Assembly (NCBI GenBank): GCA_017499595.2
Contig: CM039010.1
Coordinates: forward strand, 744,001-808,000
Length of the DNA stretch: 64,000 nt
Source: Psilocybe cubensis
Taxonomy: Eukaryota
Direction: 5' to 3'
Below are positions 37,864 through 51,110 of this stretch, piece after piece (the stretch's first letter is position 1; each line of letters begins with the position of its first letter). The notes under the pieces were generated by a model. It saw only the letters and a program-made list of their open reading frames with translations, had not been told where the DNA came from and ran no database searches. Position numbers and translations under genes: made by a program.

Positions 37864-39966
37864 ATGGCGTCTACCACCACCACCAACAACAATGACCCCT
37901 CCCACTCCCAATCCCAACAGCAAACACAAGCCCAACAACCCGTAACATTCACCACATCCACACCGTACCCGCTCCCCTCGCAAAAATTCATGATCCCGCT
38001 GGGATGGAGACGGTATCAGCTCTCGCAGCTCGTTAACAAGGCGCTCGCGCTCGACCGTGGTGGTAATTACGATAATGCTGGTGGTGGCGCGAGACCTGTC
38101 CCATTCGACTTTTTAGTGCGAGGCGAGATTCTGAGAGGCAGTTTGGCGGAGTGGTGTAAGGAGAAGGGGGTTGGTGAGGTGGGTGTCTCTTTTTTTTGTT
38201 TTTGTTTTTTTTTGTGTTTTTTTTAAGAGAAAAAATAATGGATATCTGACGAACGGACTTTTTCCTTTTTATTTTCCTTCTCTCCTTCCTCCAAAATTCC
38301 AATCCCAATTACAACCCCAATGCACATGCACACCACGAAACACACCACGAAAAACCCCACGAAACGCCCCGCCATGAAAAACGCCATAAAAAACAACAAA
38401 AACAACAACACAGGAAGAAACGCTCGAGATCGAATACATCGAGTCTGTAATGCCTCCGCAGAAAATGTTCGAGTTCCCACATGAAGATTGGGTGTCTGCT
38501 GTGTCGTGTTATATCCCTGGGTGTGTGTGTGTTTTTTTTTTTCTTTGGTTTGTTTTGTTTTCTTTGCTATGCTCTGTAACTTCCAAACTCTTCTCAATTC
38601 CTAAATTCTAAATTCCAAATTGTACATACTAAAATCCTCATTCCTCAATTCTCAAAACGCAGGTTATTCCTAACGACATCGTACGACGGCCACCTCCGCG
38701 CGTTCGACTACGCGCATAATTTGGCGTTTGACCGCGCAGTGCATAGTGCGCCTGTTACTTCGCTGTGCGTCGTGCCGTTCCCCTCTCCCTCTCCCTCCTC
38801 CTCTAACATGGGAGAGGGAGGGGGAGAGGAAGGGGAGACGTATACGATCGCGACGGCGTCGCATGATGCGAGCGCGCAGATTCTAAGGGTTACACTACCT
38901 TCTCCCTCCTCCTCTTTCAACCTCAACGCGAAAGAGAAAGCCACAGCAAAAGGAAATGGAAATGGAAAAGCACAGTCACTAGCAACGCTGTACCTGCACA
39001 CAGCGCCCATCGCGTCCGTCTCTGCGAACGCGCGGGGCACGCGGCTTATTACGGCGGGGTGGGACGGGCTTGTGGGTGTGTGGGCGTGGGATGGGGAGAG
39101 GGTTGCGAGGGATGAGGTGGATGTGCCTGTGCCGGTGTTTGGTGGGGTGGATGGTCGGGATCGGAAGAGGCGGAGGGTTGGTGCTGGTGCTGGTGGCGCA
39201 GGAGATGGGGATGGGGAAAGGGGGGAGGGGGATGGGGATGGGGGGATGGATGGGGGGAGGGGAAAGAGGAAGGCGCCGGCTAATGTTTTGAAGAGCCATG
39301 TTGGGAGAGTTTCGAAGGCGCTGTTTTTGGGTCTTGAGGAAGGTGAGGGGAGTGAGAAAGCTGTGAGCTGTGGGTTTGACTCGACGGTGCGTACGTGGGA
39401 TGTCGAGTATGGTCTTTGTATTGCGACTATCGTGCGTATTGTCTTTATTTTTTCTTTCTGGAAATCAATCTAACATAGTTTTTTTCTTTAAAAAAAAACA
39501 TTAGAACGCATCTGAAAAACCATTCCTCGATCTCAGCCCCCTCTCACACGCAGCACCTTCCTCGCCGCTCTCGTCCGTCCTTGCCGTATCGACGGATAGA
39601 ACGATGTGCATGTACGATCTCCGATTGCCCTCCTCCTCCTCCTCCACATCCGCGCTGTCCTCCGCGGCTACAGCGACCTTCGTTCACCCTTCAACGCCCT
39701 CGTGCGTAGCATCAAGTGGTAGTGGGAGTGGGAGTGGGAGTGGGTATCAGGCGATAACGGGCGCGTATGATGGGGTTGTGAGGGTTTGGGATGTGCGGAG
39801 TGTCAAGGGCGCCGTGGCGTCGTTTAAAGTCGGCGAAGAGGGCAAGGGCAAAGGGAGGAAGGTGTTGAGTGTGGATTGGGCGCGTGGGCTTGTGGGTGTT
39901 GCGGGTGAGTTTGGGGTCGAGGTGTGGAGGGTTGGGGAGGATGGGGGTGTGGGTGGACGTGTCTAG
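37864..39966 (+). CDS. YTM1: Ribosome biogenesis protein Ytm1/WDR12 (NLE/UBL domain plus WD40), multi-exon
   Basis: PYPLPSQKFMIP..RRYQLSQLVNKAL..PVPFDFLVRGEILR | EETLEIEYIES..PHEDWVS, LFLTTSYDG, ATASHD, TAGWDG, LKSHVGRVS, SCGFDSTVRTWD, GAYDGVVRVWDVRS. Confidence 0.92.
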
Positions 39967-40648
39967 TGTGCGGTTAGTGTGGGGAGGGGGAATAAAAAAG
40001 TATTTTAGTGTGGTTAATTGTGAGGCGTATGTGGATAATTAAGTAGATAGGTTGGATAGGTGGATGTATGCGCGATTTTTCGGTCGTTTTTGTCGTTTTT
40101 TTCTTTTTCTTGTCTTTTTCTTGACCTTTTCTTATGTGACAGTGTGAGTTGTAAGTTGTAAGGTATAGAATGTTACACCGGTGAGAGATCCTTTTCTTTC
40201 TTTCTTTCTTTCGTTCTTTTACACTTCAGCTTCACACCTGACCTGACCTGAGCGTAAATCGAGATCCGGAGAATTCAATCAAAGGCGCGCCGCGCATGTA
40301 CCCAATTCTACTTTTTTTCTACTTCCTGTCTTCCTCTCTTTTCCTTTTGTTCCTTTTGTTCCTTTTGAACTTTTTTTTCGTAATGCTTCCTTTCTCTCAA
40401 CCTTTTTTTTTTCTTTTTTTTGGTGAAGCTTTTCGTTCGTTTATTCTCTATATGATGAAGTGTACGATTTACGATGCGGAAGGTACGAGGTGAAAAGGAG
40501 GTGTGACGGCCACGAGCAGCACATTGACATAACGACATAACGACGGAGTCCATGTACATGTACATATGTGCGAATGGATACAGATTCCGTTCGCATTCGA
40601 GGATCGGCGAGCAGAGAGAGGGGAGGGGAGTGCTGTGCTGTGTTGTGT

Positions 40649-41922
40649 TTAGTGCGTCGTCGACTTTGAGCCGGCTGTTTCTTTGTCGGTGAACTCTTTG
40701 GCCCACTGCGGTTGGGTAGCGTAGCGTAGGGTTGGGGTTGGGTTGAGGGGCGGTTGTGTTACGTTGGGGTACGGGGCGGTATGTGGAGAGTTTAGGGCGA
40801 GGGCGAGGGCGAGGGCGAGGCGAGGCGAGGGGGTTGTGTGAGTGTGTAAATGTGTAAGTGGGTGGGGGGGTTGGGTATTCGGAGCGGAGTAAAGAGTAAG
40901 GAAAGCGGGATGTGGAATAACGAATAACGAGGAAGCCAAGCACAAAACACAAAGAAACACAGACACAAAAAACACAAATGCAAAAAAAAAAAATCAGCAA
41001 CGAGAACCAGCGAACACATAGATAGAAGAAGAAGATGGGAAGATGGGAAGAAGGACGTACGAGCATGGAGGGGATCCAGCGGGTTGGTTCGGCGGTGCGT
41101 TTCTGTTGTGTTGGTATTTTGTGTTGTGTTGGTGTTGAGTTGGGTTTTGGGTTGGGTTGGGTTGTGTGTTGGTGTTGTGGATGGTAGGTGGGAAAATGGT
41201 TTGTATGGTGTATGGTGTATGATGTATCAAAGTTGGTGTTGGTGTTGGTGTTGGAGCGAGTGTGCGAGACGAGACGAGGCGAAGCGAAGACAGAAAGGAA
41301 AGGCGCGATATAAGCAAACCGAACACAGCGACAAAAAAAGAAAAGCAAACGACAAAAAAAAGAAAAGCAAAACGACAGAAAACGTAAAACATAAACCATA
41401 AAACACAAAACATAAAACGCACCTCGAGCTTCGCACTCGCGCTCCAGACAACAGCTACGACAGCGGTGATCCCGAGGGACGCGACGACAGTGTTGGACGC
41501 CCAGTTTGAGGGGCGGACCCACCAGCCTCCTGTTTGTGGAAGGGGGTGGTGGTTAGTGTTTGTTGTGGGTAGGGATGATAGGATAGAGAAAACGCACCAG
41601 CGGGTGACCAGACGTATTTCGGGTACGGGTATCGTGCGCCTCCTCCCTGTGTTTTTGCCGTTCCGTGAGTTGGTGGATTTCCGTGAGTTGGTGGATTCCG
41701 TTTCGTTTGGTGTGGGAGTCGATTTCGTTTCGTGATTGAGTGAGTGAGTGAGTCGATGGGAATAGTGTCGGTCGTTCGTAGATTGAGTTCGCAGATTTCG
41801 TTTCGTTTCGTTTCGTTCGTTCGTTTGTAAATTCGTTACATTCGTTTGTAGATTCCGTTCGTAGAATCCATCAGCTACAAATGCAAATCCAACCCAACCT
41901 GCACAAGTCCAACACGCACCAT
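40649..41922 (-). CDS. Small mitochondrial complex I accessory subunit, NUUM-like (about 85 aa, 5 exons including an ATG-only first exon)
   Basis: Exons 41920-41922 (ATG|gtgcgt), 41598-41646, 41423-41529, 41061-41102 and 40649-40705 splice to MGGGARYPYPKYVWSPAGGWWVRPSNWASNTVVASLGITAVVAVVWSASAKLEKRTAEPTRWIPSMLWAKEFTDKETAGSKSTTH*. The YPxPKxVWSxxGGWW..PxNW motif and single TM match what I recall of fungal NUUM. Confidence 0.8.
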
Positions 41923-42495
41923 TTTATAATATAATTCTATCCGTGTCGGGTGGTGAGGAATGAGGAAAGGATTCGAATCAAGTGCAACACGGACGGTGAC
42001 GGTGACGAGCGGAATCGACGCGTTAGCTAACCCCATATTCCATATTATGTAATACCTTATTTCTTTTTATTTAAGTATTACCCAATTAATTAATTAGTTT
42101 GTAGAGTGAAAAACATGTGACATTGCCCTTTGCACTCTATCGCCGATTCCCGAATCCCCTTGCCGGGTGGGGCTCGTGTCTTTCTTCCGTCTGGCTTTCT
42201 TGCTTTCTGGCTTTTCGACTGCTGTGTCTTTTCTCCAACCTCCAACCTCCAACCTCGATATTCGACACGACGTTCGAGCACTTTTCGAGTTTGTTAGGGT
42301 GTTGAGATACACTGGACTAATTCTCATACATCATATCTGGACGAGCGTTTGATTGCGACGACTCACGAGCGTGTCTTGTCTCTTTCTTCTACTAGAGTGT
42401 AAAGTGTAAAGTAAAGTGAAGAGCGCAGAAGATAGAAGATAGAAGATATCGACACGACACAGGCTCGAATACCACCACCACCGCACACACCAAAA

Positions 42496-44311
42496 ATGCC
42501 CTCTCCGCCATCAGATCCACCCCTCCTCCCCCTCCTCCCCCCTCTCTCTCTCCCACAACCACTAACACATATCAAACCCCCAACGCAAATCCAACTACCA
42601 ACACCAACCCAAAATCAATCCCAATCCCTCCTCCGCACATTCACCACCTCCGCCCTCAAAACAACCACCATCCTCGGCGGGCTCTACGCCGCGCGCGGGT
42701 TCATGCGCGCGCGGCTTGAGGAGGTTAGGGAGAAGATGGAGGGCGAGGAACGGGCGAGAGATGTGTGAGTGTTTCTTTTTTTTTTTTTTTGTTCTTGGTT
42801 TTTTTTGGCTCTCTTGTTTTTTTTTTCGGTTTTGGGTTTTTGGTTTTTGGTTTTTGGTTTTTGTGGGTATTGGAGGTTTTGGAGGTTTGGAGGTGTACCT
42901 TTTTGGTTGGAGTCTTTTCGGAGTGTTTTCCGAGTCGTTTTGGAGTTCTGAAATTTCCGAGCGTGCTTCGAGACCTCAGACCTCGAAATCTCGAAACCGC
43001 AGTTCAGCTCAGGAGCAGCGGGCGGCTGCACGGCTGCGTATCGCGTGTTTCGTATCGCGTGTTTCGTGTTTCGTATCTCGTATCTCGTGTCTCTGGTGTG
43101 GACAGATTCCAGTGTCGGAGGATCTATTCCATGCATTGATCTTGCAGGGTACTTTGCACGAATACGAACACGAGCACGAGCACGAGAACGAGAACGGTTT
43201 TTGTTTTTGTTCTGGTTCTTGTTCGTTAGGGGTGTATCCTCGCCTTCACCTTTGCGCTGGATCATATTGGCCATACGACAACGAGCACTAGCCACGAGAT
43301 ATACTAGTAGGAGTAGGAGATGGATAGGAAGCATGATTGGATTGGATTCGATGGACTTTGCTCCTTCATCCCATTTATTCATTTCATCGCATCCCATTTT
43401 ATTCTTCTCTATCTCCTTTTCTACTCTATCTCTATCTCTATCTCTATCTCTATCTCTAATTTTCCAAACACAACTAACACCTCTTTCCTTTCCCCCCTTT
43501 CCCTACACTAATTAACTCGCAAATTCGCAACGACCTACAAGCCTCCGCACGCGGTTCACCCAAACACACGAAGACACCGCATACACCATCCTCGCGCTGC
43601 TCCCGACGCTGTCGGAGCAGGTTATGTGTGCGATGGATGTGGATGGGGTGACGCGGGAGTTGCAGGCGCGGTCGCGCGGGCGGGCGGGGGCGGGAGCGGG
43701 TGGGATGGCAGGTAGGGAGCACCAGCAGGTGTTGGGGAATCAGAACGTGGATCAGAATCAGAATCAGAATGGGAATGGGACAGCACAAGCACAAGCACAA
43801 GCGAAAGAGAGGAATGAGAGGAATGTGTACCCGCCTGGTCCTGCACCATACCCTTCCACTTCCACCTCTGCACCATCCACCACAACATCCACATCCACCA
43901 CAACATCCACAACAGGCTCGGCTCCAGCCTCATCAACAGGCTCGTCAAACGCCTCACGCACGTCTTCACCCGCACCAGCACAAGCACAAGCGCCCGGACA
44001 GTTCACACTCTCGCCGCGCGCGCCTGTGTTCGTGCCGCGCGCCGCCGCCGCGTCGTCGTTGTCGCGATCGCAGTCGAATGTGCATTCGGCGTCGTCTTCG
44101 TACCGCGGGTCGCCTGTGTCCTCGCACTCGCCGTCCCTTTCGCTTTCGCTTTCGGGGACGGAGTCGGAGTCTATCTCCGTCTCGCACGATACGAGGGATA
44201 CAAGAGAAACGGAGACGGACAGGGATACAGCGGAGATATCGATATCGTCGTCGTTTGTGTCGGAGAGCGGGTCTGTGAGTCGGAGTTGGGTCGTTGAAGG
44301 TTCGCGTTCAG

Positions 44312-44357
<46 letters not shown>

Positions 44358-47300
44358 GGGTGTGGGTTCGGAACACGCCGGTGCAGGTGGAAGAGCGCGA
44401 TCGCCTGCTTTGAGCTCTGTTTCTGGGATCGGGATGGTGCGTCCTTTACTTTTGCTTCCGATTCCGATTATTGGTTGGAATTTTGTCTGATTGAGAAACT
44501 GTGTGTGGGGGGGTGGTATGCATTTGTAGGCGGAGAGTGTGATTAGTGTGTATACGAATACTGATGCGGATGCTTTTGCTGTTGCTGTTGCTGGAGCGGG
44601 AGCGGGAGCGGGAACATCAGGATCGGGAGGAATGAGAACGAATGTAGGAGCGGGAGAAGGAGTAGGAGGGCAGGTGGATGTGAGGAGTAAAGCTGAATTG
44701 TGGAATGAAGTTAAAATGCTGAGTACGTCCCATTTACCATCCCTTCCCCTACCTCTATGCACTCAAACTAACCAACTCTCCTCTCTCTCTCTCTCCTTCC
44801 ACCAAAAAATAACAAACAAAACACACAAACACAGCACTAACAAGAACACTCACATCGCTCTACACAACCACGCTCCTCTGCCTACTCACCACAACCCAAC
44901 TGACACTCCTCGCACGCGCGAGGTATGTATGTGCGATTCGCGCGCTGGAGAGGGAGGAGGCGAGGAGGGAGAGGGTGGAGGGGATGGTTCCGGGAGTTGT
45001 GGGGTTGGTGCTGGGTGGGATTTTGGGGGCGAGTGGGTTGGGGGGTGTTTTTGGTGGGGGAGGAGGGGAAGAAGGGTTTGAGAAGCTTTTGAGGCAGTTG
45101 GAGAGTGGTGTTTTTGATGATGAGGATGAGGAGGAGGAGGATGGGGAAGGAAGCGAGGAGGAGGAGGAGGATGGATGGGGGTTCGGATGGGGCGCGCGCG
45201 CGCGCGCTTCGTCGTCTTTTCAGTCTAAAATCAACCCCGTATCCAAGTCCCGAGCGAACGCCAAATCCCAACACAGAATCCAATCCAAAGCGAAATCCAA
45301 ATCCAAAGCTAAATCGACATCGAAAAATCACCCCAAACCCCCGCAAATTTGGACAGACGAGATATCAGAAGAGGCAGAGAGCAAGTATCTGACGCTTAGC
45401 TGGTGGTTGTTGCATGTTGGCTGGAAGGATGTGGCTGAGCGTGTGAGGAGGGGTGTTGAGGAGGTGTTTGATGGGTATGTTGTGTTTTTTTTACTCTCTT
45501 TTTTCTTTGTTTTCTTTTTTCTTTGTTTTCTCTTTGGATGCCTCTTTTTTTCTTTGGATGCCTACTTTTTTTCTTTGCTTTTTTTTTCTCTTTGAATGTC
45601 CAAGACAAATCTGATCACTGACACTGACCTAAACCCACACAGCGTCTCGCTTAAAACGAAGCTCTCAGCAGCGGACCTGCACCGCCTTATCGCGGACGTG
45701 CGTAGACGCGTCGAATATGAGATCACATTTGAAGGAAACGAGAAAAAGTCGAGGTACGCGTTTTTGGCTATTTTTAGGTTTTGCTATTTTTTTCGAGGTT
45801 ACTGACGTCATTATCTTTCTTTCATTTCTTTTCTTCTCTCTCTCTCTCTTATACAGCTTCGTCTCATCGCTCCTCCCGCCTACGCCCGAGACGATCCACC
45901 ACGTGCTGCTCCAGGGGGGCTTTACACCCGCACCCGCACCCGCGTTGGAGCGTACATCGTCCTCATTGTCGCCTTATCCCCCAAGCCGCGCTGAAATCGA
46001 ATTTGACATCGCCGACAGAGGGCACGGGCACGGAGAAAGAGAAGGAGAAGGAGACGGAGAAGGAGAAGGCTACGACGCCTCGCCCTTTGAAGATCCGCTC
46101 GGGAAGCATATTGATGTGGACGGCGAGTACGAGGCGAGGTTTGGGAGGCGGGTTGTACTGCGCGAGCGGGAGGATGAGGAGGTGGGCAGTGAGGTGGGCA
46201 GGGGCAGGGATGGGTATGGGGATGAAAAGGGGTATGGGGATGAAAAGGGGTATGGGAGGGACAGGAAGCTCTCGGACGCAGCGACGACGGTGTCGACGTC
46301 GCTCTCGTCGTCGCAGCTTTCGCACGTGTTTGTGGATTCGCCTGCGGTTGCTGTGTCGAGTTATCAGCCTCATCCATCCTCCTCCGTCCACCCATCCTCA
46401 TCATTCCACCCTACCCACCCCTCGCACCCCTCGCACCCTACCCCTTCCTCTTCCTTCCACCCCTCGCACCCAACCCTAACCAACCAAACCCAACCCCTCC
46501 AACACACATACCTCCCCCCTCCACCACCACCACCACACACATACACACCCGTGCTGGACCCACCCGCGTTCGCGGCGCTCGTGGAGGAGACGAGGGGGAT
46601 ATTGGCGAGTGCGGATTTCGGGGTTGTGTTTGAGGCGTGTGTGGATGAGGCGGTGCGGGTGTTGATGGGAAGTGGGGGGGTGTTTGGGCGGGGTGGTGCG
46701 GGTGGTGGTGGAGGTGCGGGTGGTGGTGCTGGTGGTGTTGGTGGTGGTGGAAGTGGGGATAAGGGAGGGGACAAAGGTGGAGAGGGGAAGGGAAAGGGAG
46801 GGGATAAGGAAGGAGAGGGAGAGGAAGAGGAGAGGGTAAGACTTGCGGGGATGTTACCTGCCCTTGCGAGATGGAGCCAGGTTGCGATGGAGGGGTTGCC
46901 TAATGAGTTGGTTGATGTGAGTTTTTTCTCTCTTTTTTGTTTTTTTTCTCTCTTTCTTTCTTTCTCTCTCCTCTCTCTTGTTCTTCATATTCTGTCCTAT
47001 TTTCTCTCTCCCGTTCTTCATATTCTCTCCTATTCTCTTATATTCTCTCTCTCTCTTTTTTTTTTCTCTTCTCGCGTTTATATTTCTTCTTTATTTCTCT
47101 CTCTCTCTCTGTTTTCAATTTCTATGGTTTTCCGATTGATTTACTAACGATTTCCTCCCCTCCCCTTTCCCTTTCCTTCTTTCCGTCTTTCCGTCTTTTC
47201 CTCTCTCGCATTCTACGCGACGCGATACGACGCGATACGATACTTCTGCGCGATACTATGCGACACGATACCATACCACTACCGATAACCGATACAACAA

Positions 47301-47437
47301 CGATACCGATACCAATAACCGATACAACACCGATACGACACCGATACGACACACAGAAAATCCTCAACATGCGCCAAGTCGAGTGTCTTTCTGCGATCGT
47401 GTTTGGGAGGTTTGAAGAGCGGTTTGTGGATATTTGA
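42496..47437 (+). CDS. PEX3: Peroxin-3 (peroxisomal membrane biogenesis), heavily expanded with low-complexity insertions
   Basis: LGGLYAARGFMRARLEE..RARD|VLRTRFTQTHEDTAYTILALLPTLSEQV, SKAELWNEVKML|TRTLTSLYTTTLLCLLTTTQLTLLAR, KYLTLSWWLLHVGWK, RLAGMLPALARWS..PNELVD, LSAIVF. Confidence 0.9.
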
Positions 47438-47986
47438 TGGTTGAGGGTTGAGGTTTGGGGTTTGAGGTTGTGATGTTGGATGTTTGGGGTGGTGTGATTG
47501 GGATTGGGATTGAATAGTGAAAAAAAGTTACTGGGAAGGGTTAATATCAGACGGAAGAATGTCGTCGTGTGTAATGGGCGTTTTTGTTGATTGCTTCAGT
47601 TTTTCAGTTTTTCAGTTTTTTCAATTTTTCAGTTATAATTTTAGGTTCTTTTAGTTTTAGGACTAGGTTTAGTTTTGGTTCAAAAGTGAGGTGAGGAGAG
47701 CTGAGGAGGGAAGAAAGGAGACGAGAAGAGAAGAGAAAGGAGAGGGTGGTGGTTAATCCGAGATCATAATTATAATTTATCTTTTCGTTTTCGCTTTCGT
47801 TTTCATTTTCGTTGTCGTTGGGTTTTCGTTGGGTATTCGGTGGGTTTTCGTTGGGTTTTGATTTCTTTTATTCTTCGAGAATTTAAACTTGAACGTTGAA
47901 CGTTAAACATTGAACCGTCACGGGTCGCGCTTTGTTAAGCCTTAAAGTTCGTTTGTTCACATGCTAGTAGTGAGATGACAGGATAT

Positions 47987-48270
47987 TGTAGAAATCCAGA
48001 CCTAAGTAGATATGGTTAATGCCACTCAGTCACGAATAGTTGGACTATATTAATAACTGTACCTAAGTAGATATGGTTAATGCCACTATGGTACAGTAAG
48101 TAAATGTGTGAATATGAGAAGAAAAGGATCTCACCTCAGTCACGAATAGTTGGACTGAGGTGTAGAGTAACTACTGTACGGCCTATATACTATGCTGCGT
48201 TACAATGGCCGTTTGTGTATACTACAAAATGAGATGATAAAGGGGGAGACACGTGCGGTGGATTTTAACA
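47987..48270. mobile_element. Solo LTR (284 bp) with 5-bp target-site duplication GATAT
   Basis: It begins TGTAGAAATCC and ends GGATTTTAACA (TG...CA, imperfect inverted termini) and is flanked by gatat at 47982-47986 and 48271-48275. The paralogous empty site (reverse complement gatgacaggatatgtgtatc) is seen at about 32908-32927. Confidence 0.85.
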
Positions 48271-48487
48271 GATATGTGTATCAAAAATATGAAAGCTTGA
48301 AAAGCCACTAAAGACAATCGTGGGGGATACATGCAGCGCAGAAATGTGCTAGATATGTACAAGACTGGGGAGGACAGACTCGTGGGGGAAGAAGAAGAAC
48401 AACTTGGGCAGAGGCATTACATGCCACTGCGATATTAATCTACCTTGAACTTCAAGTCGAGACTCAGGAAAGTCGTTGAATTAAATC

Positions 48488-51110
48488 TCAGACACCATTG
48501 CGAGATCTCTTATTAGCACCTTTATTGGCTCCTCCTGCACCACGGTTGGGATTTTCTTCAGATCCTCGTTTACGTTTAGCCTTAACTTTAGAGGGGCGGA
48601 ACAAATACTCCCTCGGAGGAATTGTCGCATGTGTCGAGGGCTGTGGAGCCGAGGTTTCCGGAGCTGCGTCGGCTGGGGTGTCGGTTTGAGTGGATATGAT
48701 AGGGTCAGGGAGAGGGAGTACATATTGGCGCCATGTCTTAGGCTCCAGAGTTTGAACGGATTCAAGAAATTCACCAAAGTTGATATGAGCTCTGGCGTAC
48801 GAGGCGTGATTGTATATTTGTTCCTTCCGCTCGCGGGTAAGATAAAAAGACATTAAAGCTGTTTGGCTCAGTTCTAGACTTTCGACGAGACCTTCCAGAT
48901 GATTGGGCGTGAAGCCCATGATTTGTTGTTCGATGGTGCTATCAAGATCGAAGCATCTCTTTCGCTCTGCCGACAAAAGGAGCAGATTTTGAAAGACGCT
49001 GGATATCCACCGCTCGGCTTTTCCTACGTCAAGAATGCGACGACCTTCCCAGTATTCGAGGGGTTGAATAAAGACGCGAGAGACTATGAGATAGAGAATG
49101 AGCCACCACACCGACTCTAAATCGTGTTGGAAGTTATGAGTGACAATGTCATTTTTTGCAGCTTTTACAGCACGGCGTCTGCCTCTGGAGGCAATATAAT
49201 CAACATCATCTTCGGGTTGCTCTAGTCCTTTCCTATAAAAGTATTCTTGCTTGAAAATCTCGATAGGCATGAAAAAGGGCGTGCCCTGGTAGCAAGATAT
49301 TAGATTTGTAAGGCCGGATCTTAGTATTACTTGAAATGCTCACAGTTTTCGGATCAGCAGCAGCTTCGTCAGGACGTTGGAACGGCCTCGCATACTCAAG
49401 GTCCGTGAGCTTTGCCTGCCAAATCTTTGAAGGTTGCGAATCAGAGCCTTCTTTTTTGCAGGCTAGGATATTGCCGTCGCTGATATCTCGGTGAACCCAA
49501 CCAGCACAGTACATAAGTTGCAGCGCTGTAATCAAAAGCCAAAAAATAAGTGTTTGCCTGTAGACTGTGGTCATTTGATAAATACTGACCGATATGAATG
49601 TCCTGAATAACATCCATCGCATCTCCAAGCGTTGGCAATGATCCTATGGGCAGACAAATCTCCTCAAACACAACGCGATACTGCTTCCTCGGCACGTAAT
49701 ATTGCTCAACATCTGATTTTCTCCGTGCATGATTTGCTTGGTCATAAATTCTTATAGGGTCGAAAAGGCCTTGTATGCGGCGCGATTCAGGTGCGATTAC
49801 CTTTGACCGTTCGCCGTCATAGTCGTCTGCGATAGTGAGGAAAAGTCGTTGATAGTCTCGGGATCGAATAAGCTCCCTTCGCTCCTCCCAGATGATTTTG
49901 AGGTCAGGATGCTCAGGCGCCTTCTCGTCGCCGAATTTATTGATCGATTCGAAAATTGCCTCTTGAATTTGCCGTTCCGATTGGGCATTATGGTTGAGCC
50001 AGACATCCTTCAGGACTTGCAGGGCGCCAGGCATTGCTTTTCCGGTTGTTGGATTGTATCGCTCAACGGTCCATACTCGAGGCATTCGCCGAGAGATCTT
50101 GTTGAAGCGATAGCCAGAGAGTATCGTCACAGTGCGGTAGAAACGAGAATCGTCTGCAACGTTCGAGGTTGGGTTGGAATGGCGAATTCGAAAGATGTAT
50201 TGGCCGTCGACTTGGCGTTGCACCATTGGATCGTATCCCAGCTGCTCTTCAGTTGCGAAGAGAAAAAACATAAAGATTTGGACAAGTCTTTCTGGATCCT
50301 GTGGGGTTTGATGTTCAGCGTTCAGCCTTTGGTGGGGAAAAAGTGTGAATGTTTACCTTGACGAAGCTGAATGGTTGAGAAACCGCGGAGTGGGACCGAC
50401 AATGATACCAGAGCACTACCTGGTCTGCGTTAAAAGTCATCTACATCCGAGTGAGAATTGGATAATGCACGAAAATATATTGAGACGCACTCCATATGCA
50501 AACATGCGTCGGACATCGTCGTTCATGATCTGAACATTGGCGTACAGCACTTTTTCCATATTCTACAGAATTGTGAGGCTTGAGTCAGTGGGTTCAGCTA
50601 ATAGCTTGGAGAAAATATACTTACATCCAGTCGTTGTTCATTGTTGACGTTGACTTTTTGTTCAATGGGTACAGCCGTTCCCCAGGCACTGAAGGAATTA
50701 TCTTGATTGAATGCGAAACATGCATCCACTTGATTCGATTCATTTGTACCAGAGCTGATAGAGGACTGTAGGACACTTCGGTAGTTGAATTTATTGCGTA
50801 TGGGGGTCGGCCCTGCGAGGCCAGGCTGGCGCTGGTACACATAGTTTCCAATGTGTTTAGCGATACTGGCCAGCGGTGCATACACTTCCATTTCATTTTT
50901 CTTGCCTAGGATGTCGTTGGCAATAAAATGGGTGTCGGTGAACTCAGAAAGTACAAGTTGAGATTTGTTCATGGATGCCACGCCCGATGGAATCAGATGC
51001 TTCTGTATGCATCTCGTAACGTTGTTTTTGTCTGGCACAAAAGCAAAGTAATGCGACATAAAGTCGTCGATGCTGCAAGTAGCAAACTCTCCGTCCATTT
51101 CGTAAGCCAT
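48488..51110 (-). CDS. FunK1 protein kinase, copy K4 (5' half K1-like, 3' half K3-like)
   Basis: All motifs are present (LGYDP, VLKDVW, HRDISDGN, TDLEYA, GTPFFMPIEI, HDLESVWW). The upstream first exon (ATG 51359) is frameshifted, so the start is placed at MAYEMDGEF. Confidence 0.88.

Noticed and set aside
12019-39966. NOP53 and YTM1 as a ribosome-biogenesis gene cluster
   Set aside because: They are 24 kb apart with unrelated genes between them, so co-occurrence is plausibly chance.
40308-41522. 404-aa minus-strand ORF as a real protein
   Set aside because: It is made mostly of intronic simple repeats. The real product is the spliced 85-aa NUUM-like protein.
48000-48160. CRISPR-like repeat-spacer pattern
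   Set aside because: There are only two copies each of two different repeats, inside a solo LTR in a eukaryotic genome, with no cas genes.
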